A stretch of 56,319 bases of DNA, from assembly GCA_043800755.1 (NCBI GenBank), contig JAZDMQ010000076.1:1-56319 (forward strand), given 5' to 3'. The translations under genes and the position numbers were made by a program. Positions 47,360 to 55,077 of this stretch are shown in pieces. This stretch comes from a bacterium. Its GTDB lineage: Bacteria > Methylomirabilota > Methylomirabilia > CAVQYV01. The stretch's first letter is position 1, and each line of letters starts with the position of its first letter. Below the pieces are notes generated by a model. The model saw only the letters and a program-made list of their open reading frames with translations, was not told the origin of the DNA and made no database searches.

Positions 47360-48226
47360 CTATTTCGACTTGGAGAGCTCAGCCAGCTTTTTCCGCGCCA
47401 AAGAGGCGGGCGCGCTGTCCGGGTACTTGGAAAGCAGCTTCCTCCACTCGGCGATTGCCTTCTCCCTCTGTCCGAGCTCCAGATAGCTCAACCCCACCTT
47501 GAGCTGGGCATCAGGGACCTTGTCACCCTGGGGAAAGCGATCCGGGACCTTCTGAAACTCCGCCAGGGCCCGTTTGAACTCCTTCTGGGAATAATAGGCC
47601 TCCCCAATCCAGTATTGGGCATTGTCGGCCAATTCACTCTGGGGGAACTCCTGGGTGTATCTCTCGAATTCGAGGATGGCCTGTCCCATTTCGCCCGCCT
47701 TCAGAAACTTCATGGCCCGATTGTAAAGCTCCTGTGACCCCAAGGCCCCGGTAGGGGCAGGCTGGACTTTTTGCGGCGGCTCTGGTTGGGAAACAGGGGC
47801 ACTGGGAGCCACCTCGACGGCAAGGGGGGCGACTGCGGCGGAGGAGACTTCCGCCGGGGCTGCGGAGGGCGGAGCAGCGGCTGTGGCGAGAGGCTTCTCC
47901 AAGGGCGCCTTCATCCCCTCCAGGCTCCCCTTTATCTCTCCTAGGCTGATCTCCAAGGACTGCAATCGGGCCTGAATCTCTCCCGTACGGTCGTTATTCT
48001 CCTTCAGCCTCTTCTCCATGAGATAATAGCCCGTCCTCTGCTCCTCGATGCGGGATTTCATTTCGATGTCCTCCCGCTGGAGCGTCCCGATCTGCCTCTG
48101 CTGGTCGGCCATCTTCTGGGAAAGCGTCTCGATCCTCTGCGAGGCACAACCCGAAAAAAGGGCCATGGCCACCAGTATGGCCAAGCCTGTCACTGTCTGA
48201 TTCAGGGCTGATCTAATTCCGATCAT
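47360..48226 (-). CDS. cpoB: CpoB/YbgF-like protein, predicted lipoprotein
   Basis: Lipobox FSG-C; coiled coil; Ala/Pro linker; TPR with ADNAQYWIGE, KVPDAQLKVG, KYPDS; SD GGAGGT. Confidence 0.85.
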   Translation of the reverse strand: MIGIRSALNQTVTGLAILVAMALFSGCASQRIETLSQKMADQQRQIGTLQREDIEMKSRIEEQRTGYYLMEKRLKENNDRTGEIQARLQSLEISLGEIKGSLEGMKAPLEKPLATAAAPPSAAPAEVSSAAVAPLAVEVAPSAPVSQPEPPQKVQPAPTGALGSQELYNRAMKFLKAGEMGQAILEFERYTQEFPQSELADNAQYWIGEAYYSQKEFKRALAEFQKVPDRFPQGDKVPDAQLKVGLSYLELGQREKAIAEWRKLLSKYPDSAPASLARKKLAELSKSK

Positions 48227-48341
48227 CGCAGTACCTCCCGAATGAAGGTGCCTCCTCAGCTTTTCCCCGCCCGGCGCCAGAGGCCTTACCCTGGACTCGC
48301 TGCTGTGAGGGGGGAGAATTGAGCCTCTTTCACTTCCGATA

Positions 48342-48370
48342 ACCGTAATGTCTTTACGCCTCCCTGTCAA
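48342..48370 (-). promoter_or_regulatory. Sigma70-type promoter upstream of cpoB
   Basis: TTGACA (48370-48365), N17, TACGGT (48347-48342). Confidence 0.75.
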
Positions 48371-48426
48371 GGGGGAAAATGGGGCTTTATGCCGCAGATT
48401 GCAGCGGCTTTGATCGTCCAAGGTCT

Positions 48427-49008
48427 TCAGGAGGCCTTGCCGGGGAAGAGTTCTTCTTCCACAATCTGGCAGATGATATGCCCAAGGGTCATGTGGGCCT
48501 CCTGGATGCGGGGGGTGGAACGGGAGGGGATGATCAGGGCCAGGTCGCAGATCGGCGCCAGCCCACCTCCATCACCTCCGGTGAAGGCCACCGTCTCGAT
48601 GCCTCGCTTGTGGGCCGCCTCCACCGCCCTGATCACATTGGCCGAGTTGCCGGAGGTAGAAATAGCGTAGAGGACATCCCCGGCCCTGCCCAGGGCCTCC
48701 AACTGTCGCGCAAAGACCTGGGAGAAATCGGAATCATTGCCGATGGCCGTCAGGATGGAGGTATCGGTGGTGAGGGCAATGGCAGCAAGGGCGGGGCGAT
48801 CAAAGAGGAAGCGGTTGACGAACTCGGCTGCCAGATGCTGGGCATCGGCTGCCGAGCCTCCATTGCCGCAAAGCAGGATCTGGTTCCCTCGCTTCAAGGC
48901 CTTTAGGGTCACCTCCACCACCTTGCCAATGTGCTCTATCTGATATCGGATCAGATCCTGTTTGACTGCCACACTTTCCTTGAGCAGCCGCTCGATCAGG
49001 ACCTTCAT
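48427..49008 (-). CDS. gmhA: Phosphoheptose isomerase (SIS domain)
   Basis: GNGGSAADAQH, ALTTD, GNDSDF, STSGNS, RIQEAH; SD GGAGG. Confidence 0.88.
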   Translation of the reverse strand: MKVLIERLLKESVAVKQDLIRYQIEHIGKVVEVTLKALKRGNQILLCGNGGSAADAQHLAAEFVNRFLFDRPALAAIALTTDTSILTAIGNDSDFSQVFARQLEALGRAGDVLYAISTSGNSANVIRAVEAAHKRGIETVAFTGGDGGGLAPICDLALIIPSRSTPRIQEAHMTLGHIICQIVEEELFPGKAS

Positions 49009-49147
49009 ACCTCCCTCCCTGGGCCAAAAGTCCCGCCCTCTCTCCGCAGAAGAGGACAAAGGGAACAAAGGGCCAGGCCGGGCAGACCCTCATCCCTCGG
49101 CAGCGCCCGGGCCGTCCTCCCCAACCTGGCCAGCTGAAAGAGAAGAA

Positions 49148-49303
49148 CTATTCCTTCTTGCTCCGGGATGCCCTCTTGGGCCTTGGCCTCGTTTTGCTCC
49201 TGCCTTCTGATACCGCCGCGGCCTGGAGAGGCTGATGCCTCTCCTTGAACCTTTTTTCCCGCTTCCGATGAAGCTTCTTGATCTCCCGATGCGTCCTCGC
49301 CAT
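49148..49303 (-). CDS. Small highly basic hypothetical protein (51 aa)
   Basis: Hand-translated; below the ORF-track length cutoff. MARTHREIKKLHRKREKRFKERHQPLQAAAVSEGRSKTRPRPKRASRSKKE. G-rich SD-like GGATGGGGAG upstream; 37 of 51 codons end in G/C. Confidence 0.6.
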   Translation of the reverse strand: MARTHREIKKLHRKREKRFKERHQPLQAAAVSEGRSKTRPRPKRASRSKKE

Positions 49304-49319
49304 CTCCCCATCCCATCAT

Positions 49320-50207
49320 TTAGGCAACATGCAGACGGATATAGAGATTGCCCTGCCTCCCCTCTCCAGACCTCAATCCCTTCCCTGCGACGCGCAGGCG
49401 CATCCCGGGTCTCACCCCCGAGGGAACCTGAAGGAGGATCTTTTCCTCTCGACCATTGCGGACAAAGGAAAAGACCCGTTGACAGCCAATTAGGGCCTCC
49501 TGGGGAGAGATGCTCAGGTCACAGTAGAGGTCCTGCTGGCCTTTCTGGCTCCGCAAAACGCCCCAAAGACCGCTCAAAGAGTCAATGACTCCCCACTTCC
49601 ACCGCTTCCCTTGCTCCCTGAGCTGCCCCACCCAGAGTTGGAAGGGAGCGACCACCAGGCCCCGCCACAACAGGGAGGATATCTTGACCGGCGGGGGGTC
49701 TGAATAGGAATCCCCACCAGGGCTGCCGGGTCGATCCGCTCGAACGGAGCCGCCAGCAGGTGGAAAGCCGAATAGGGTCCCCTGGAAATAGAACCCCTGG
49801 CCTTGAGAGAAGACCCGGCGCAGGTACTCCTCATCGAAGCGCAGGCCAAAGGCCGCAAATTCCCGTTCCAGATCTGAAAAGAGATCCTGGGCACGGGAGT
49901 GGAAAGGAAAACCGGAAAAGGGATCCCCTGGCCGATACGAGAAAGGACCCTCGCGGTCCTGAGGAGCGCGGAAGTCCCCTCTTCCAGGACGACCCTGTTG
50001 CCCGGCTTGACCTTTACCCATGAGACAGGCATAGGCCTCGCTAATCTCTTTGAAACGCTCCTCCGCCGCCCTATCTCCCGGATTGCGATCAGGATGGCAG
50101 GCAAAGGCCAGCCTCCGGTAGGCCCTTTTGATCTCCTCCTCGCTGGCCCCCTCTTGCAGGCCCAGGACCTGATAGTAATCGGAGTAAGCTGCACCTTTCC
50201 TCTGCAT
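49320..50207 (-). CDS. J-domain (DnaJ/CbpA-like) protein
   Basis: DYYQVLG..HPDRN..F.EISEAY J domain, G/F region, one C-terminal DnaJ-type beta domain; no zinc finger; SD GAGGAGG. Confidence 0.88.
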   Translation of the reverse strand: MQRKGAAYSDYYQVLGLQEGASEEEIKRAYRRLAFACHPDRNPGDRAAEERFKEISEAYACLMGKGQAGQQGRPGRGDFRAPQDREGPFSYRPGDPFSGFPFHSRAQDLFSDLEREFAAFGLRFDEEYLRRVFSQGQGFYFQGTLFGFPPAGGSVRADRPGSPGGDSYSDPPPVKISSLLWRGLVVAPFQLWVGQLREQGKRWKWGVIDSLSGLWGVLRSQKGQQDLYCDLSISPQEALIGCQRVFSFVRNGREEKILLQVPSGVRPGMRLRVAGKGLRSGEGRQGNLYIRLHVA

Positions 50208-50262
50208 AGCCTCCTCATCGCCTCTTTACCATGACGCTCTGTCCCAATGCCGAACACCTTAT

Positions 50263-50291
50263 TTCTTACCCTATTTCCCCAGGGGAGTCAA
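50263..50291 (-). promoter_or_regulatory. Possible sigma70-type promoter of the J-domain gene
   Basis: TTGACT, N17, TAAGAA (last -10 base non-consensus). Confidence 0.5.
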
Positions 50292-50307
50292 TGACCAATC
50301 CGCTCGC

Positions 50308-50341
50308 AAAATGAAAGGGGCTATCCGAAGATAGCCCCTTT
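50308..50341 (-). terminator. Intrinsic terminator after the cyclase-family gene
   Basis: AAAGGGGCTATC-TTCG-GATAGCCCCTTT (cUUCGg tetraloop on the minus strand), then CATTTT. Confidence 0.85.
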
Positions 50342-50366
50342 GCCCTCAGAGGTCGGGATCCCCGAT

Positions 50367-52004
50367 CTATTCGATGGGGATATCCAGGCCCTCGAAGTAC
50401 CAGATGCGGGAATGGCTCCCCGAGCCAGCCTTGCCGTTGATGCAGGGCATGACGAAGGCGAAGCCCTTAGAGTTGGCCGCTTGCTGTAGGTCGCCGCCCA
50501 CATTCTCGGTGATATAGATGCCCTTGCCGAGCAGGGTCACATGGGTGATGTTGTTCTCCACATCGGTACCCTTGCCCCGCTGGCAGGTCATGGCGGCATC
50601 GATGCTGGTCACATCGGAGAGCGCACCCACGATGCCCTTATCCGCCAAATGCTTGGCCACATCCCCGCCGACGCCCGGGAAGGTGTAGGTCACCCAGTCA
50701 CGGTGGAATCCATTATTGTGCAGGGCCCACTTGTGCACCATATCCTGGGAGAAGCAGACGATGTCACCCTTGTTGACAGTGAGGCCGGGGTGCTTGCTCA
50801 TCCAATCTTTAAACATCGCCATATTGAAGATCCAGTCCCCTTCCTCCGGGCCGTACCGGGAGGCATTGATGATCAGGCAGGGGGCTGCCCAGTGCTGCAA
50901 GGGCACCTTGTCGATGGTCCATTGGGCGCCCTCTCTCCGGTGGGACGGGGAATCGGTATGGGTACCGAAGTGCTCGTTGCAGTAGAGCTGCTGCCCATAC
51001 CAGCCGTCATACTGGTAGTTGATCCAGGGATAGATCCCCCGGAAGTCATTGAGGCTGGGCACGCCAACCATGTTGCCCCCGAAGACGGCCGTCCAGATGT
51101 GCATCCCATTGCGGAGGTCGTTGGCCAGATCGAACATGGGGACCGCCATGAACTTCTTCTCCAGCTCCTTCATGGAGGCATAGGAGGCGGCCATCCCCTT
51201 CGCCTTGGTGTCATCCAGCGCGAAGACCCGGGTGGGGGCGCCGGAGCCCTGGTAGATCTTCATCGGTCCCAGGACCGCGAAGACCCACTTGTCTGCCACG
51301 GAGGGATCGAAGCGAATGTTCTCCAGGACCCAGATCAGGTTGCTGAACATGGCGCGATGGGCCAGGGGCTTGCCTTCATCCGCCACCCTCTTATAGGTGT
51401 CGATGGAGAGGACGTCCATGCCGAAGCCCTTGATCCGGCAATCCGCCATGTACTTGGCCGCGTCCTCGGTGATGCCGGGGAAGCCATACTTGATGAAGCG
51501 CTGGTTCTTGCCGGCGATATACTCATCCCAGTATTTGTCCCAGCCGGTCCACATGAAGATCATCGAGCGGGCCGCATCCCGCATCAGGTCGCAGCCGGTT
51601 TTCTGCTCCCAGGCCTTGATGTCGGCCAGGCTCACCTCGTAGCCATCCCGGTCCTTCACCCAGGGCCGCACGTCCATGATCACGGCCTTGCCGATGAACT
51701 TGTCCTGGGGAATTTGATCTAGTCGCCAGAAGCCATAAGGGTTATGGGACGGGCTATCCATGTGGGTACCGGTATGCTCGGTGAACTTGAGGTCATAGCC
51801 ATAGAAATTGGGGCCGACTTTATCGTAGCACTCCGCTTGGGTCTTGCATCCGCCCCACATACTCATACCTTCCCATTTGCCGGCCCAGGCGGGCATCCCG
51901 TTCTCGAATTTCTGGGTCAGGTCGACGATCTTGTAGGCCACGGCCGTCCCGGCAAACAGAGAAACCACGAATATCGCAGTGACAATCAACAATGCTCTTT
52001 TCAT
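50367..52004 (-). CDS. Secreted tandem-domain cyclase/kynurenine-formamidase-family metal hydrolase
   Basis: Signal peptide MKRALL..GTAVA; two HxGTHxDxPxH motifs (HTGTHMDSPSH, HFGTHTDSPSH), each with a downstream EN (LENI, TENV); SD AAGGAG. Confidence 0.85.
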   Translation of the reverse strand: MKRALLIVTAIFVVSLFAGTAVAYKIVDLTQKFENGMPAWAGKWEGMSMWGGCKTQAECYDKVGPNFYGYDLKFTEHTGTHMDSPSHNPYGFWRLDQIPQDKFIGKAVIMDVRPWVKDRDGYEVSLADIKAWEQKTGCDLMRDAARSMIFMWTGWDKYWDEYIAGKNQRFIKYGFPGITEDAAKYMADCRIKGFGMDVLSIDTYKRVADEGKPLAHRAMFSNLIWVLENIRFDPSVADKWVFAVLGPMKIYQGSGAPTRVFALDDTKAKGMAASYASMKELEKKFMAVPMFDLANDLRNGMHIWTAVFGGNMVGVPSLNDFRGIYPWINYQYDGWYGQQLYCNEHFGTHTDSPSHRREGAQWTIDKVPLQHWAAPCLIINASRYGPEEGDWIFNMAMFKDWMSKHPGLTVNKGDIVCFSQDMVHKWALHNNGFHRDWVTYTFPGVGGDVAKHLADKGIVGALSDVTSIDAAMTCQRGKGTDVENNITHVTLLGKGIYITENVGGDLQQAANSKGFAFVMPCINGKAGSGSHSRIWYFEGLDIPIE

Positions 52005-52324
52005 GAATTCACGCTCTCCTTCCTCGCTGGCCACAGAATCACAGCGGGGCCTGCCAATCCGTCTGGCGGCCTCACCATTACTCCAACGCGCCTATGGATC
52101 CTCTCTCACCTCCCTCCTCTTTGCCAAATTCCAGACAGGCAATTCCCCGAGGGCCCTCCCTCGAAAGAGAAGAATGGCCTCGCGGGACAGAAAATGGGAT
52201 TTAGAGACCGGGTGTCCTGTTCGGAAAGCTTTGGATCAGCGATAGGGAAGGTAATAGCGAGCGAGGCCCCTACACCTTTGCGTTCAACTAATGATACCTT
52301 TGATCCCAATTGTCAAGGGAAATC

Positions 52325-54022
52325 TTAGAAGGGCCGGAAGACGAGGTCCTTGATCCGCAACTGGAGGCTCTGATTGCCCTGATAGGCGTTAATGAAGGGA
52401 GAAAAGGCCAGATCGACCCGGGGAAGGCGGCCCTGGAGTTCTTCGCAGAGCTCGCCCATGCCGAATCCGATCGCCTCCAACACCTTTCCCCTGTTTCTTA
52501 CCCTCATTTTCAAGTGTCTCTCCCCGACCCGCCGGGGATACTTCATGACCTCCAATCCCCGGCTCGCCAGAGTCGGCTCAGGGTTCCCCAGTCCGTAGGG
52601 CTCAAGCGCCTTCATCTCCGTCACCAACTTGAAAGAGAGATCCTCCAGCGAGACCTCTCCGTCGAGGGCGACCGGGGAGAGGAAATCCTCTTCGGACAAG
52701 AGGGCTTCCGCCTCTTCCTGAAATCGTTCGAAAAAGGCGGGGACCTTCTCCCGGCTAATGGTGAATCCCGCAGCCTGGGAATGGCCTCCGAAGCCTTCGA
52801 GGAGGGGGGCGCACCTCTCCAGGGCCTGATTGACCGGAAAGGCCGGGATGCTCCGTGCGGACCCCCTCCCCTTCTCGCCCCCCAGGGCGACGATGACCAC
52901 GGGTCGGTGGTAGGCCTCGACCAACCGGGAGGCTATGATGCCGATCACCCCCACATGCCATCGCTCAGAGCATAGACAGATCGCCTTGGGCAGTTCCCCC
53001 TTGGCCTCCAGCATGGCATTCGTCTCCCCGATCGCTGCCCTCTCTATCGCCTGGCGTTCGCGATTCAACTCCTCCAGCAGGCGAGCCAGTTGTGAGGCCT
53101 CAGAGGCAGACTCGGTGCAGAGGAGGCGAAAGGCCAGGTCTGCCTCCTTCAATCTCCCTGCGGCATTGAGCCGGGGGCCCAGGACGAAAGCCACCTGACC
53201 CGCCCCCAGAGAAGAGTGGGAGAGGCCAGCCTCCTCCAGCAGGGCGCGAATTCCGGCCTTGGGCGATCTCTGCAACTGCCTCAGACCAAACTGGGCGAAG
53301 ACTCGGTTCTCGCCCCTCAGGGGCACCACATCGGCAATGGTGCCCAGGGCCACCAGATCGAGGTGCTCCTCCATATACCCTCCTCGCCCCATTGCCTCGG
53401 CCAGCGCCTGGCAGATCTTGAAGGCCACCCCGGCTGCGGCCAAGGACTTGAAGGGATAGGGACAGTCAAGGCGCTGCGGATTCAGGATCGCCACCGCGGA
53501 AGGGAGCTTCTCTCCAGGGAGGTGGTGGTCGCAGATGATCATGTCCATCCCCAGATCCTGGGCCAAGGCCGCCTCTCGTTCCGCATTGATGCCCTGGTCG
53601 ACGGCGATGATCAATCCCACCCCTTCCCCCTTGGCCCAGTGGATTACCTCCTCCTTTAGACCGTAGCCCTCCCGCACCCGATCCGGGAGATAGTGGATGA
53701 CATGGCCCCCCAACTCCCTCAGGAGATACCACATGAGGGCCATCCCCGTGATGCCATCCACATCGTAGTCCCCATAGAGGAGGATCTTCTCCTGGCGCGA
53801 AAGGGCAGAGCGCAGGCGTGCGACCGCAGGCTCCATATCCTGGAGCAGCGAAGGCTGATGGAGATCCTGCAAAGAGGGGGAGAGAAAGGCGCGGGCCTCA
53901 GAGGTGCTCTTGACGCCCCGATTAACGAGGATCTGAGCCAGCAGGGGATGAATCTCCAACTCCCTGGCGATCTCCTGCGCCTCTTTCGAATCCCCCTGGG
54001 GGAGACACCACCTTCTGCGCAT
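52325..54022 (-). CDS. recJ: ssDNA exonuclease RecJ
   Basis: YGDYDVDG, DHH, LGTIADVV, GPRLNAAGR, GSARS, GGH, PYGLGNPEP. Confidence 0.97.
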   Translation of the reverse strand: MRRRWCLPQGDSKEAQEIARELEIHPLLAQILVNRGVKSTSEARAFLSPSLQDLHQPSLLQDMEPAVARLRSALSRQEKILLYGDYDVDGITGMALMWYLLRELGGHVIHYLPDRVREGYGLKEEVIHWAKGEGVGLIIAVDQGINAEREAALAQDLGMDMIICDHHLPGEKLPSAVAILNPQRLDCPYPFKSLAAAGVAFKICQALAEAMGRGGYMEEHLDLVALGTIADVVPLRGENRVFAQFGLRQLQRSPKAGIRALLEEAGLSHSSLGAGQVAFVLGPRLNAAGRLKEADLAFRLLCTESASEASQLARLLEELNRERQAIERAAIGETNAMLEAKGELPKAICLCSERWHVGVIGIIASRLVEAYHRPVVIVALGGEKGRGSARSIPAFPVNQALERCAPLLEGFGGHSQAAGFTISREKVPAFFERFQEEAEALLSEEDFLSPVALDGEVSLEDLSFKLVTEMKALEPYGLGNPEPTLASRGLEVMKYPRRVGERHLKMRVRNRGKVLEAIGFGMGELCEELQGRLPRVDLAFSPFINAYQGNQSLQLRIKDLVFRPF

Positions 54023-54036
54023 GGGAGGCTCCGTGC

Positions 54037-54969
54037 CTATTTCTTCTTGCCAGTGGGCTTTACCTTCTTCACCCGCACCTGGCCAGGCCATTCCAATACG
54101 AGGGCACTGGCCACGAAGATCGATGAAAAGGTCCCCACAATGATCCCCATGGATATGGCGAGGGAGAAGTCATGGAGGACCTCCCCTCCCAAAAAGAGGA
54201 AGGAGAGAGTCACCAGGAAAACGGAGAGGCCGGTGACGATGGTGCGAGAGAGGACCTCGTTGATGCTGGAATTGATCACCAGACCCAATGGGTCTTTGCG
54301 CCTGGCCCTCAGGTTTTCCCGGATGCGGTCGAAGACCACGACCGTGTCGCTGAGGGAATAGCCCGCCAGGGTCAACAGGGCGGTCACCAGCAGAAGATTG
54401 ATCTCCTTTCCCATCAAATGAAAGACCCCAAACACCGCCAGGACATCATGGAAGGTGGCGATAGTGGCGGCGACACCGAACCGGAAATCGAAACGCCAGG
54501 CGATATAGATGAGGATTCCGATCATTGAGAGGACGATCGCCCAGGTCGCAGACCGACGCAGTCCTTTTCCGATCGCCGGTCCGATTTCGTCGCTGCCCTC
54601 CACCACGAAGGATCTTTCCGGGAGATTCGCCTTTAGGGCCTCCTGGATCTTGTCCAGCGTCCTGCTTTGCTGGGCGAATTCCTTCTTCACCCGGATGAGG
54701 ACCCGCGAGCTATCCGAGAACTGCTGCAGATTGCTCTCCGGGATATTGGCCTTGCCCAGGGCCTCCCGCACGGATCCCACCTCCACCGGCCCGTCGAACC
54801 TCAATTGCACCGAGGTCCCTCCTGCGAAATCGGTGCCCAAATTGGCATGTCCTCGGAATACTTGAATGATGGCGAAGAGGCCCAAGAGCACTAAGATGCC
54901 GGAAAGGGCAAAGGAATAATAACGCTTTCCCATGAAGTCGATCTTGGTCTTTCCCAGGATTTCAATCAT
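54037..54969 (-). CDS. secF: Protein translocase subunit SecF
   Basis: LGTDFAGG, FHDV, GYSLSDTVVVFDRIREN, SRT, GTFSSIF. Confidence 0.97.
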   Translation of the reverse strand: MIEILGKTKIDFMGKRYYSFALSGILVLLGLFAIIQVFRGHANLGTDFAGGTSVQLRFDGPVEVGSVREALGKANIPESNLQQFSDSSRVLIRVKKEFAQQSRTLDKIQEALKANLPERSFVVEGSDEIGPAIGKGLRRSATWAIVLSMIGILIYIAWRFDFRFGVAATIATFHDVLAVFGVFHLMGKEINLLLVTALLTLAGYSLSDTVVVFDRIRENLRARRKDPLGLVINSSINEVLSRTIVTGLSVFLVTLSFLFLGGEVLHDFSLAISMGIIVGTFSSIFVASALVLEWPGQVRVKKVKPTGKKK

Positions 54970-55077
54970 CGATCCTCCCCATCTCTCCTCAAAGCCGGAA
55001 GCAAGAGCTCCATAATGGACTTAAAGTATTGCTGCAAACAATGCGGGCCAAACGGAGGGCCCTGGTGAATGATATCC

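Noticed and set aside
48427-49008. Alternative call as DiaA
   Set aside because: Motifs fit GmhA, and DiaA is mainly gammaproteobacterial; cannot be fully excluded without a profile search.
49005-49319. 104-aa minus-strand ORF exactly filling the gap between the J-domain gene and gmhA
   Set aside because: Third codon positions are A/T-rich and the sequence is not protein-like; the ATGA overlap arises automatically. The 51-aa frame fits better.
52236-52243. ATCGCTGA resembling the c-di-AMP riboswitch 5' end
   Set aside because: No GGGGGA, GGGGTGAA or CCCGTCAGCTAAC core.
52291-52316. TTGACA...TATCAT as a firm promoter call
   Set aside because: Spacer is only 14 nt; not listed as a feature.
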